A stretch of 64,000 nucleotides of DNA from Thermodesulfobacteriota bacterium (lineage in GTDB: Bacteria; Desulfobacterota; Binatia; UBA9968; JAJDTQ01). Under the pieces are notes generated by a model that saw only the letters and a program-made list of their open reading frames with translations, was not told the origin of the DNA and did not search any database. The position numbers were made by a program, and so were the translations under genes. Below are positions 1 to 9,302 of the stretch, one piece after another. Location: contig OZ220710.1 of the NCBI GenBank assembly GCA_965116635.1, positions 2,335,467 through 2,399,466 on the forward strand. Reading direction: 5' to 3'. The first letter of the stretch is position 1. Every line of letters starts with the position of its first letter.

Positions 1-1
1 G

Positions 2-1249
2 GTCCGGGAGGAGATCCTGGACAACGGCCTCAAGGTGCTCTTGCTGGAGAACCACCGGAGCCCCGCCGTCACCTTCCAGGTGTGGTACCGGGTGGGCTCG
101 CGCAACGAGGTGGACGGCAAGAGCGGCATCGCGCACTTCCTCGAGCACATGATGTTCAAGGGCACCGACAAGGTGGCGCCCGAGGAATACGCCCGCACCA
201 TCCGGAAGCACGGCGGCCGCTCCAACGCGTTCACCTCCTACGACACCACCGTGTACCACGCCACCATGAGCCGGGAATCCATCGGCGTGGCCATCGAGCT
301 CGAGGCCGACCGCATGGTCAACACGCGCCTTCAGGAAGTCCACTTCACGCCCGAGAAGAAGGTCGTGCAGGAGGAGCGGCGGCAGCGCACCGACGACCGC
401 CCGCGGGCGGCGCTGGGCGAGGTCACCGCCGCGGTGACCTACGCGGTGCACCCGTACCGCCGCCCCATCATCGGCTGGCCCCAGGACGTCGAGCGCATGA
501 CCCTGCAGGACCTCGAGGACTTCTACCGGACCTACTACGCGCCCAACAACGCTTTTATCGTGGTGGCCGGGGACTTCGACAGCGAGGAGATCCTGGCGCA
601 GGTCCGCGAGCATTTCGGCGCCATCCCCCGCGGGCCGGACCCCCCCGAGGTGGGACAGGCCGAGCCGCCCCAGCGGGGCGAGCGCCGCGTGCAGCTCAAG
701 AAGGAAGCCGAACTGCCCGTGGTGATCATGAACTACCACGTGCCCGAGGTGGGGCACCCGGACAGCTACGCGCTGGACGTGCTGGAGATGATCCTGTCGC
801 GCGGCCGCACGTCGCGGCTTCACCGGGATCTGGTGTACGAGAAGCGCATCGCGCGCTACGCCTACGCGGGCTATCACCGGGTTTCCATCGACCCCACCAC
901 CTTCACCCTCGGCGCCCAGGCCATGCCGGGCAAGGACATCGCCGAGGTGGAGGCGGCCATCGACGAGGTCATCGGCCAAGTGCGAGACGAGGGCGTCACC
1001 CAGGCGGAACTCGACAAGGCCAAGAACCAGGTGGCGGCGAGCTTCATCTTCGCCCAGGAGTCCAACCGGGGCCAGGCCATGCGCGTCGGCTTCTATGAGG
1101 TGACCGGCGGATGGCGCCGGATGAACGAATACCTCGGAGGCATCCAGGGGGTCACGGCCGAGGACGTCCAGCGCGTGGCGCGGGAGTACCTCGACCGCGA
1201 CCGCCGCACCGTGGGGGTCCTGGTGCCCCAAGAGAGGCAACGCTCATGA
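2..1249 (+). CDS. M16 family zinc metallopeptidase (pitrilysin/insulinase-like), 5'-partial at window edge
   Basis: Frame 2 is open from base 2. The HxxEH inverted zincin motif HFLEHMMFKGT is present. The stop overlaps the next gene start (ATGA). Confidence 0.85.
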   Translation, partial: VREEILDNGLKVLLLENHRSPAVTFQVWYRVGSRNEVDGKSGIAHFLEHMMFKGTDKVAPEEYARTIRKHGGRSNAFTSYDTTVYHATMSRESIGVAIELEADRMVNTRLQEVHFTPEKKVVQEERRQRTDDRPRAALGEVTAAVTYAVHPYRRPIIGWPQDVERMTLQDLEDFYRTYYAPNNAFIVVAGDFDSEEILAQVREHFGAIPRGPDPPEVGQAEPPQRGERRVQLKKEAELPVVIMNYHVPEVGHPDSYALDVLEMILSRGRTSRLHRDLVYEKRIARYAYAGYHRVSIDPTTFTLGAQAMPGKDIAEVEAAIDEVIGQVRDEGVTQAELDKAKNQVAASFIFAQESNRGQAMRVGFYEVTGGWRRMNEYLGGIQGVTAEDVQRVAREYLDRDRRTVGVLVPQERQRS

Positions 1250-2565
1250 AACGCTGGCTGCCGCTTCTGCTGTGCCTGGTCCTGGCGCCGCAGGCCGTCG
1301 CCTCCGCCGCCATGAACGCACAACGCGAGATTCTCCCCAACGGGATGGTCCTGGTGACCTCGGAGCAGGCCGCGCTGCCCATCGTCTCCGTGGAGCTGCT
1401 GATCCGCGCCGGCTCGCGCTACGATCCCGCGGACCGCCACGGCCTGGCCAACCTCACCTCCCGGCTCCTGACCCGGGGCACGGCCACGCACGACTCCATG
1501 GCCATCAGCGGCCTGGTCGAGGGCATGGGCGCCCACCTGGGCACCGACGCCGGCCGCGAGCTGGCCACGGTGAGCCTGAGCATCCTCAAGAAGGACCTGG
1601 ACACCGGCCTGGCGCTCATGAGCGAGGTGCTGACGCAGCCGTCCTTCCCGGAGAAGGAGCTGGACCGAACGAAACAGTCGCTCCTGGCCTCCATCCGGGC
1701 CAAGCGCGACCGCCCGGGGTCCATCGCCCGGGAAGCGTTCCGCGCCGCCCTCTACCCCGGCAGCTTCTACGGCCGCCCGGTGGAAGGCTCGCGGGACTCG
1801 GTCGAGGGCCTGGACCGGAACGCGGTGACGGACTTCCACCGGCGCTACTACCGCCCGGACCGCGCCGTTCTCGTGGCCGTGGGCGACATCACCCACGAGG
1901 AGATGAAGCGCAAGCTCGCGGAGGTCCTGGCGGACTGGGAGAAGAGCGCAGGCGCGCCCGACGAACCCGTAAACCTGCGGCCGCCGGAACGGACCGCGGT
2001 CAAGATCAACCGCAACCTCACCCAGTCCAACATCATCATGGGACACGAGGGGCCGCTCCGTTCGAACCCCGACCACTACGCCATCCGGGTGATGAACCAG
2101 ATCCTGGGCGGCGGCAGCCTGTCCTCGCGGCTCGGGGACAGCATCCGCAACGAACGCGGCCTGGCGTACGTCGTCTACAGCTACTTCCTCGCCGGCCGGG
2201 AGACCGGACGCTTCCAGATGGCCATGCAGACCCGCAACGAAAGTGCCCGGGAAGCCATCGACGTGGCCAGGGCCGAGGTCGAGCGCATCCGGCGCGACGG
2301 TGTCAACGAGGAGGAACTGGCGGACGCCAAGAGCTTCCTCATCGGCAACTTCGCCCTGGGCCTCGAGACCAACGACGACATCGCCGACTTCCTGGGCCAG
2401 GTGGAGTATCTCGGGCTTGGGCTGGACTACGTCGATCGATACCCCGACCTCATCCGGAAGGTCACCGCCGAAGACGTCCTCCGGGTCGCCCGGAAATACC
2501 TCCAGCCGGAGAAGCTCATCCTGGTGGTGGTCGGGAACCTCGAGAAGGCCAGCCTCGGGAACTGA
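1246..2565 (+). CDS. M16 family peptidase, non-catalytic partner subunit, with N-terminal signal peptide
   Basis: An internal ATG at 1246 gives MKRWLPLLLCLVLAPQAVASA, which looks like a signal peptide. Insulinase-like domain architecture without an HxxEH motif. Overlaps the upstream stop by 4 bp. Confidence 0.8.
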   Translation: MKRWLPLLLCLVLAPQAVASAAMNAQREILPNGMVLVTSEQAALPIVSVELLIRAGSRYDPADRHGLANLTSRLLTRGTATHDSMAISGLVEGMGAHLGTDAGRELATVSLSILKKDLDTGLALMSEVLTQPSFPEKELDRTKQSLLASIRAKRDRPGSIAREAFRAALYPGSFYGRPVEGSRDSVEGLDRNAVTDFHRRYYRPDRAVLVAVGDITHEEMKRKLAEVLADWEKSAGAPDEPVNLRPPERTAVKINRNLTQSNIIMGHEGPLRSNPDHYAIRVMNQILGGGSLSSRLGDSIRNERGLAYVVYSYFLAGRETGRFQMAMQTRNESAREAIDVARAEVERIRRDGVNEEELADAKSFLIGNFALGLETNDDIADFLGQVEYLGLGLDYVDRYPDLIRKVTAEDVLRVARKYLQPEKLILVVVGNLEKASLGN

Positions 2566-2605
2566 GCCCGCCGGGGCCGTCATCGCCGCGAACAGGATCG
2601 GTCCG

Positions 2606-3952
2606 GTGTCACAAGAGGACAAGGCCCTCCATATCACCCGGCGTCTCCGGCACGCCGGCCACGACGCCTACCTCGCCGGCGGTTGCGTGCGCGACCGGCT
2701 CCTGGGGAGGTCCCCCAAGGACTACGACATCGCCACCGGCGCCACGCCCCAGGCGGTCCAGGCGGTCTTCCCCGACACCGTCCCCATCGGATCGAAGTTC
2801 GGCTCGGTCATCGTGTTGGTGGACGGCGATCCCTTCGAGGTCACCACGTTCCGGCTCGACGGCCCCTACACCGACGGCCGCCATCCCGTCCACATCCGTT
2901 ACGGCACCCTGGAAGACGACGTCCGGCGACGGGACTTCACCATCAACGCCATGATGTACGACCCGGTGGAGGACCGGGTCATCGACCTGGTGAACGGCCG
3001 GGAAGACCTGGGCCGGCGCCTGGTCCGGGCCATCGGCGACCCCCACGAGCGGTTCGCCGAGGACCGGTTGCGGATGGTGCGCGCCGTGCGTCTGGCCTGC
3101 GGCCTCGACTTCACCATTGACGGCCCGACGCTCCAGGCGATCCGGAGCCACGCCGGCGCCGTGACCGAGGTGGCCTGGGAACGCATCGGCGCGGAGGTTA
3201 CCCGGACCCTCATGGAGGGCGGCGGCCGGCGGGGGGTGGAGCTGCTGGACGAGACCGGGCTCCTGGAGGTGATCCTGCCGGAGATCGCCGCTATGAAGGG
3301 GTGCGATCAAACCCCGGACTACCACCCCGAGGGCGACGTGTTCGTGCACACGCTGACGCTGCTCCAACAACTTGACGGCCCCACCGAAACCCTGGCCTAC
3401 GGCTGCCTGCTGCACGACGTGGCCAAGCCCCCGTGCCGGCAACCGGCGGGAGAGCGGGTGACCTTCTACGGACACCCGGAGCTCGGCGCGGACATGGCCA
3501 CCGAGATCCTCCGGCGGCTCAAGCGCAGCCGGGCCGTGGCCGAGCGGGTCGCCTGGCTGGTGCGATGTCATCTTCACTACACCCAGGCGCCCAAGATGAA
3601 GCTCAGCACCCTGAAACGGTTTCTCGGGCAGGACGGCATCCACGAACTGCTGGAGCTCTGCCGCATCGACGCGCTTTCATCCAACGGTGATCTGGGCTAC
3701 TACGAATTCTGTCAGCAGAAGCTGGCCGAGTTGGGCGAGAAGGAAGTAAGCCCGGAACCGCTACTGCGCGGACGCGACCTCATTCAGCTCGGATACGTTC
3801 CGGGACCCTCGTTCTCGGCGATCCTCGGAGCGGTCGAGGAAGCCCAGCTCGAGGGCGTCCTGCGGACCCGGGAACAGGCCGTGGCCTGGGTCCGGGAGGG
3901 TTATCCACCGGACGCGACGCCGGGCGACAACGGAGGCAACGACAAATCATGA
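2606..3952 (+). CDS. cca: CCA tRNA nucleotidyltransferase / polyA polymerase-family protein with C-terminal HD domain
   Basis: GGCVRD and DxD-type Pol-beta nucleotidyltransferase head (DYDIAT), with an HD-domain motif LLHDVAKP downstream. The start is uncertain; GTG at 2606 is the first plausible in-frame start after the upstream stop. The stop overlaps the next gene (ATGA). Confidence 0.7.
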   Translation: MSQEDKALHITRRLRHAGHDAYLAGGCVRDRLLGRSPKDYDIATGATPQAVQAVFPDTVPIGSKFGSVIVLVDGDPFEVTTFRLDGPYTDGRHPVHIRYGTLEDDVRRRDFTINAMMYDPVEDRVIDLVNGREDLGRRLVRAIGDPHERFAEDRLRMVRAVRLACGLDFTIDGPTLQAIRSHAGAVTEVAWERIGAEVTRTLMEGGGRRGVELLDETGLLEVILPEIAAMKGCDQTPDYHPEGDVFVHTLTLLQQLDGPTETLAYGCLLHDVAKPPCRQPAGERVTFYGHPELGADMATEILRRLKRSRAVAERVAWLVRCHLHYTQAPKMKLSTLKRFLGQDGIHELLELCRIDALSSNGDLGYYEFCQQKLAELGEKEVSPEPLLRGRDLIQLGYVPGPSFSAILGAVEEAQLEGVLRTREQAVAWVREGYPPDATPGDNGGNDKS

Positions 3953-6246
3953 GCAAAGCGGCGAAACACCAGGTTATCGGCAAGTCCCAGCGGCGGGTGG
4001 ACGGCATCGTCAAGGCAACCGGCCAGGCCGTCTACGCCATGGACCTGGAGCTGCCGGGCATGCTCCACGCCAAGGTCCTGCGGAGCCCCTTCCCCCACGC
4101 GCGGCTGGTGCGCATCGACGCCACCAGGGCGGCGGCGCTGCCGGGAGTGGTGACGGCGCTCACCCGCGAGACCCTGGACGGCATGAACCCCTACTTCGGC
4201 TCGGCCTACAAGGACCAGACCGTGGTCGCCCTGGACAAGGTCCGCTACGACGGCGACCCGGTGGCCGCGGTGGCGGCGATTGACGAAGAGACCGCGGCCG
4301 AGGCGCTGACGCTCATCGAGACGGAATACCAGGAGCTTCCCGCGGTCACGGACATCGCCGACGCCATCGCGCCGGACGCCCCGCTGGTGCACGAGGTGGT
4401 AGCCGAGGCCGACGAGCTGCACGGCCACGCCTACCGGGTGCCCGAGGAGTTCCGCGGCACCAACATCTGTTACGCCTACGACTACGCCCGGGGCGACGTC
4501 GAAAAGGGCTTTGCGCAGGCCGACGAGATCTTCGAGGACACCTTCACCTTCCCCCAGATCCAGCACTACCCGCTGGAGCCCCACATCACCATCGCCCGGG
4601 TGGAAGACGGCCACGTGACCCTGTGGGCCTCGACCCAGGACCCGTTCACGCTGCAACGCCACATCGCCGAGTTCTTCTCCATCCCCATCAACCGGGTGCG
4701 GGTCATCGTGCCCCACGTGGGCGGCGCCTACGGCGGCAAGCTGTCGGTGAAGAACGAGCCGCTGGCGGCGGCGCTGGCCTGGAAGGCCGGCCGGCCGGTG
4801 AAGCTCACCCACACCTCCGAGGAGACCTTCCGCACCATCACCCGGCACCCCGCACGCTTCCGCATCAAGACCGGCGTCACCCGGGCCGGGAAGCTGGTGG
4901 CGCGGGAGTGCGAGGTGCACATGGGGACGGGGGCCTACGCTGACTACGGCCCGCGGGTGTCCCAGAAGGCCGGCTACCGGGCGCCGGGTCCGTACCGCAT
5001 CCCCAACGTCAAGGTCGACGCCTACACCGTCTACACCAACGCCGTGCCCGCGGGCGCGTTCCGGGGCTTCGGCACGCTGCAGGTCACCTGGGCCTACGAG
5101 TCCCAGATGGACATGATCGCCCGCAAGCTCGGCATCGATCCGGTGGAGTTCCGGGTCCGCAACCTGCTGAAGAAGGGCGACTCCTACACCAAGGGCGACA
5201 CCCCGGTGGACTGCGACCTCGAGGCGGGCCTGCGGCGCACCGCCAAGGCCCTGGGCTGGGGCAAGCCGAAGCAGGCGCTGAACCGCGGCATGGGCCTGAG
5301 TTGCTGCATGAAGGACGGCGGCGGCACCTACAAGGTGGCGTCGGCGGCCATCAAGCTCAACTCCGACGGCAGCGCGGTGCTGTTCACCGGCACGGTGGAG
5401 ATCGGCCAGGGTTGCCGCACCGCCCTGGCCCAGGTGGCCGCCGAGGAGCTGTGCCTGCCCTACGAGGCGGTCACCGTGGCCCAGCTCGACACCGACTCCA
5501 CCCCCTACGACGCGGCCACCAACGCCAGCAGCTCCATGGTCATCATGGGCCTGTGCGTGGAGCGGGCGGCGGCCGAGTTGAAAAAGCAGTTGCGCCGGGC
5601 CGCGGCCAGGCTGTTCAAGTGCAAGGCCGACAAGATCACCTTCAAGAACGGCCACGTCAGCGCGGGCAAGGGCAAGCGCCTGAGCTACGAGGAGGTGCTC
5701 AACCGCAAGTTCGGCTCCAAGGGCGGCGATCTGCTGGCCAAGGGAACCTACCAGGACATCCACAGCAAGAAGGCCGTCCTGGGATCGCCTACCACCTTCT
5801 GGGAGACGAGCTGGGGCGGCGCCGAGGTGGAAGTGGACCCGGAGACCGGCGTGGTCAAGCTGCTGAAGTACATCTCCACCGCGGACGTGGGCAAGGCCAT
5901 CCACCCGCTCCAGTGCGAGGGCCAGGACGAGGGCGCCGTGATGTTCGCCATCGGCCACTCGCTCCTGGAGGAGATGCAGTACGACAACGGCCACCTGCTC
6001 AACCCCAACGTCATCGACTACCGGCTGCCGTCGTTCCACGACATCCCGGAAACCTTCGAGACCATCATGGTGGAGGACGGCAACGGCCCCGGCCCCTACG
6101 GCGCCAAGGGACTCGGCGAAGGCGGCCTCATGCCCGTGGCCCCCGCCATCGGCAACGCCATCGAAGACGCCGTCGGCGTACGCGTGCGCGAGCTGCCGGT
6201 GACGCCGGAGCGGATGTGGCGGGCGCTGCGGGAGAAGTATGCGTAG
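3949..6246 (+). CDS. xanthine dehydrogenase / aldehyde oxidase / CO dehydrogenase family molybdopterin-binding large subunit
   Basis: 765 aa. The N-terminus (VIGKSQRRVDGIVKATGQAVYAMD), the GAFRGFG motif and the overall layout are typical of XDH-family Mo-pterin subunits. No small or medium subunit is adjacent. Confidence 0.85.
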   Translation: MSKAAKHQVIGKSQRRVDGIVKATGQAVYAMDLELPGMLHAKVLRSPFPHARLVRIDATRAAALPGVVTALTRETLDGMNPYFGSAYKDQTVVALDKVRYDGDPVAAVAAIDEETAAEALTLIETEYQELPAVTDIADAIAPDAPLVHEVVAEADELHGHAYRVPEEFRGTNICYAYDYARGDVEKGFAQADEIFEDTFTFPQIQHYPLEPHITIARVEDGHVTLWASTQDPFTLQRHIAEFFSIPINRVRVIVPHVGGAYGGKLSVKNEPLAAALAWKAGRPVKLTHTSEETFRTITRHPARFRIKTGVTRAGKLVARECEVHMGTGAYADYGPRVSQKAGYRAPGPYRIPNVKVDAYTVYTNAVPAGAFRGFGTLQVTWAYESQMDMIARKLGIDPVEFRVRNLLKKGDSYTKGDTPVDCDLEAGLRRTAKALGWGKPKQALNRGMGLSCCMKDGGGTYKVASAAIKLNSDGSAVLFTGTVEIGQGCRTALAQVAAEELCLPYEAVTVAQLDTDSTPYDAATNASSSMVIMGLCVERAAAELKKQLRRAAARLFKCKADKITFKNGHVSAGKGKRLSYEEVLNRKFGSKGGDLLAKGTYQDIHSKKAVLGSPTTFWETSWGGAEVEVDPETGVVKLLKYISTADVGKAIHPLQCEGQDEGAVMFAIGHSLLEEMQYDNGHLLNPNVIDYRLPSFHDIPETFETIMVEDGNGPGPYGAKGLGEGGLMPVAPAIGNAIEDAVGVRVRELPVTPERMWRALREKYA

Positions 6247-6339
6247 GAACGAGTACCCGGGGGGCTCGAGGATTGATCGCTTCCAACGCACCTGGAATCC
6301 TGTATTCTACCGGACCGGACTCGGAGTATGTCGGACTCC

Positions 6340-7206
6340 CTATTCCAACGACCATCGAGCCCGCTCCGCCACGAAGCCAGCGAAGGGTTCGATGTCCATC
6401 CTGACGCTGGCCGCTTCGAGCGCCGCGAGATAACCGTCCCTGTCCTCCACGCGGATCACGGTCCACGGGTAGCCGCCCGATGCCAGCATGACGTTCATGA
6501 GAAAGCGCGCCACGCGCCCGTTGCCGTCCGGATAGGGGTGAATGTAACCGAACAGCCAGTGACCGAGAACGGCGCGCGCTGACGGCTCGGTTTCGTTTTC
6601 CAGCAACTCGAACAAGGCAGGCATGGCATCACGCACCGTCTCCCAGCGTGGCGGTACGTGACTGGACCCGCGTAGAAACACGGCGCTGCCGCGGTAGCCG
6701 GCCAGAGCCGACGCCGCGATGACACCGGCCGCCACGAAGGGCTGGAACATCTCAAGGTACCAGTTCCGATGCGCCGCGCGGACAAGGCTGCCCGAGTCGC
6801 CGCCGGCGACAACTTTGCCGACCGTCTCCCTGACAAGCTGGAACGCCTGCCAGTAACCCCGCGCAGCCAGGGCGTCGCGGCTCTGCCGATCGGCCTCGTG
6901 GCCTTCCGGGCTCCAGTTGCCGAGGCGAACCCGTTCGACCAGTTCAGCGGTTACACGATAGCCTTCGATCGACAACGAGTGGTATGCATCGCTCCGGTAG
7001 ATTTCATCGACTGCTCGCAGATAGGCGTTCCGGTCTCGCGGCAAGCCGGGGGGTTCCGGGAATGCCGCGATCACCGGCCGCCGGGAGGCTTCCCACATGG
7101 CTTGCAGGCACCCTACGATGGGCGCCGCGGCACGGCTTATTACTCCGAACACCTGTTGCGGCACGAACGGATCGTTCTCACGCACATCGTAGCCGGCGGC
7201 CTTCAT
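6340..7206 (-). CDS. Fic family protein (AMPylase-like), class II with intrinsic inhibitory motif
   Basis: Fic core motif HPYPDGNGRVAR matches HxFx(D/E)GNGRxxR. An N-terminal SLSIEG matches the (S/T)xxxE(G/N) autoinhibitory helix motif. Confidence 0.8.
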   Translation of the reverse strand: MKAAGYDVRENDPFVPQQVFGVISRAAAPIVGCLQAMWEASRRPVIAAFPEPPGLPRDRNAYLRAVDEIYRSDAYHSLSIEGYRVTAELVERVRLGNWSPEGHEADRQSRDALAARGYWQAFQLVRETVGKVVAGGDSGSLVRAAHRNWYLEMFQPFVAAGVIAASALAGYRGSAVFLRGSSHVPPRWETVRDAMPALFELLENETEPSARAVLGHWLFGYIHPYPDGNGRVARFLMNVMLASGGYPWTVIRVEDRDGYLAALEAASVRMDIEPFAGFVAERARWSLE

Positions 7207-7335
7207 GGCCCGGAGAATGGTGTCGGCCGGTTCGGCCCTTCCGATTCGGCGGAAGGCGCCGGCAAGCCGTCCGGCGATGGCTGAATGGCCGCCTTCAAGA
7301 AGACGGCGAAGCAGGCCGGATGCGTCACGGCCGGG

Positions 7336-8100
7336 TCAGCCGGCGATCTTGAGGACCAGGGCTTTCGGCCCGGCGCCGTGCCGGGCATAGGAACCGAGGG
7401 GCACGTTGTGGACCTGGAAGCCTGCCTCCTCCAGGTGGGCGGCGGTTTCCGGGCAACCTTCCGGCAGGACCGCGTTCCGGCCCGTGACCAGCGCGTTGCA
7501 TCCCAGGCGCGTCGCATCATCCGCATCGACGGGATGGATCCGAGGCACGTGGTCGTGGATCGCCTTGCGCGCGCTCGGATCGAAGGCGTCCGGATGGAAC
7601 AGCGCGCTGTCATCGCCCAGCGGGCACAGGCAAGTGTCGAGAGGCCGGTCCCAGGCGTCGGACAGGCGAAGGGAGTGGATCGCACCACCGAGGACCTTGC
7701 CGACGGCTTCGTGGGCGGCCAGGTCGTCATCGGACCGATACCCCGCGAACATCGCCCCGCCCACGACCACCAGGTCCCGCCCGCCTTCGAAGCAACAGCC
7801 TTCCTGGAGTTTCGGCGTGGCGTAGCCCCGCACCAGGAAGAAGTTCTCCCACGCTTCGGCTTCGGGCCGCCTCGAGTCTTCCCTAAACCGGCTTGCGATG
7901 AAGGAGTCCTGCCAGACGAATCCGCCGCCGGCGGCCAGCACCAGCCTGGGCATATCGGGCCTGGGCTCCAGCAGATCCACCTGCACATCCAGCTCCTCGC
8001 GCAGAAGCCGGTAGAGGCCGCGCCACTCGGCCATGACGGCGGACGGATCCTCGCCGGGCGCGGGCTCATAGTTGAGCGGCGGGCACATCAGGACCTTCAT
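7336..8100 (-). CDS. amidinotransferase / DDAH-like (pentein fold) superfamily protein
   Basis: FEGGRDLVVVGGAMFAGYRSDDDLAAHEAVGKVLGG resembles the EGGDvl...G.S.RTN block of the amidinotransferase/DDAH family. A C-terminal catalytic Cys is not evident. Confidence 0.45.
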   Translation of the reverse strand: MKVLMCPPLNYEPAPGEDPSAVMAEWRGLYRLLREELDVQVDLLEPRPDMPRLVLAAGGGFVWQDSFIASRFREDSRRPEAEAWENFFLVRGYATPKLQEGCCFEGGRDLVVVGGAMFAGYRSDDDLAAHEAVGKVLGGAIHSLRLSDAWDRPLDTCLCPLGDDSALFHPDAFDPSARKAIHDHVPRIHPVDADDATRLGCNALVTGRNAVLPEGCPETAAHLEEAGFQVHNVPLGSYARHGAGPKALVLKIAG

Positions 8101-8121
8101 CGGCGACTCTCCGCCCTCTCC

Positions 8122-9102
8122 TTAACGGCCGCTGTCCGGAAACAGCCTGGCGACATTCTCCCCCAACAGCTTGCGCCTGGCGGCGGCGCTTGCCCTTACG
8201 GCCTTCACGAGGGCCACCGCGTCGCCGAGCCGGTCGATGGTGGGGAAGTCGCTGCCCATGAGCACCTGGTCCTCGCCCACCATGTCCATGGCGAAGCGGA
8301 TCTCGCCCGGCCGCCAGAACGGCGGCGCGGTGTCGATGAAAATACGTTGGCGGAACTTGTCGAAATAGCCCTGCTCGCGTTTGTCCCAGAACGACGGGTT
8401 AAGGCGGTTCCGAAGCGCGAACCAGGCGCCGCCGAGATGGGTGAAGACGAAGCGCAGTTTCGGAAACTTCTCCAGCGTGCCGCTCAACATGAGGCGCACG
8501 ATGTTGATGGTGTTGTCCATGGCGCGGCCGAGGTTCCGGGTGAGGTTGAACTGCTCCATGCCGTGGGGGTGCGCCAGTGGCAGCTCCGAGGACGGGTGCA
8601 CGAAGATCGGGATGTCGAGGTCGGACACCAGCCGGTAGAATGGATGGTAGCGCTTGTCGTCCAGTAGCGCGCCGCTGATGTGCGTGTTGATGCCCACGCC
8701 CCGGAAGCCGAGCTTGAGCACCGCGCGCTTGAGCTCCCGGCGGCCGCCGGCCTCCAGCGCGGGCACGTGGGCCAGCGGGATGATGCGGCCGGGGAAACGC
8801 TCGGTGACCTTGGCCATCTCGTCGTTGATGAAGCGCGCCGCCGGGACGTCGATCCAGTCCAGCCAGCAGCCCACATGGAGCACGGCCTGGTGGACCCCCA
8901 CCCGGTCCATCTCGTCGATCTGTGCGCCCATGTCGGCGGTCATGGCCGGGGGTCCGAAGAGCTGCACGCCCTCCCTGCGGATGGCGAGCCGGTCGGGTTG
9001 CCGCACCACGGTCTCGCCGGTTCGGATGAGGGGATCCGGGTTGTCGTAGTGTTCCTCGGGCATCCAGTGGTGGTGCGCATCGATGATCAACGTCTTCGGC
9101 AT
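8122..9102 (-). CDS. amidohydrolase-2 family metal-dependent hydrolase/decarboxylase (ACMSD/LigW-like)
   Basis: The N-terminus MPKTLIIDAHHHWMP carries an HxH metal-ligand motif. The track ORF extends 5' into the repeat element, so the internal ATG at 9102 was chosen. Confidence 0.8.
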   Translation of the reverse strand: MPKTLIIDAHHHWMPEEHYDNPDPLIRTGETVVRQPDRLAIRREGVQLFGPPAMTADMGAQIDEMDRVGVHQAVLHVGCWLDWIDVPAARFINDEMAKVTERFPGRIIPLAHVPALEAGGRRELKRAVLKLGFRGVGINTHISGALLDDKRYHPFYRLVSDLDIPIFVHPSSELPLAHPHGMEQFNLTRNLGRAMDNTINIVRLMLSGTLEKFPKLRFVFTHLGGAWFALRNRLNPSFWDKREQGYFDKFRQRIFIDTAPPFWRPGEIRFAMDMVGEDQVLMGSDFPTIDRLGDAVALVKAVRASAAARRKLLGENVARLFPDSGR

Positions 9103-9144
9103 GGTATCTCCGTAAACACTAGGGAAACTCCGTTGAATTGCCGC

Positions 9145-9277
9145 CGTTCGAGATGGCGCCCTTCGACTTCGCTTCGCTACGCTCAGGGCGAACGGCAATT
9201 GAGTCAAGGAACCCTGATCATACTCCGTTCGCCCTGAGCGTAGCGAAGCGAAGTCGAAGGGCGCCATCTCGAACGGT
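9145..9277. repeat. Repeat family A: near-perfect palindrome, two inverted ~52-bp arms (ccgttcg...cttcgacttcgcttcgctacgctcagggcgaacgg) around a ~31-bp spacer
   Basis: Read directly. The left arm at 9145-9194 is the reverse complement of the right arm at 9226-9277. The same core recurs at 11907, 12097, 15632, 40868 and 50701. Confidence 0.85.
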
Positions 9278-9302
9278 ACCATCAAGATTAATCGGAGTCT
9301 CC

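Noticed and set aside
1093-2637. Long antisense ORFs, for example 1093-2637(-), 3901-6291(-), 16106-18439(-), 9411-11720(+), 36604..39508(+), 45165-46934(-) and 47364-50048(-)
   Set aside because: High-GC DNA yields long stop-free antisense and shifted frames. Their translations are Arg/Gly/Pro-rich and of low complexity with no motifs, while the opposite-strand frames carry clear family signatures.
8122-9285. Extended N-terminus (MMVPFEMAPFDFASLRSGRTE...) of the amidohydrolase ORF
   Set aside because: The extension is a translation of the family-A palindromic repeat. The same peptide appears in unrelated ORFs at 9138, 14425 and 40905. The true start is the internal ATG at 9102 (MPKTLIIDAHHH).
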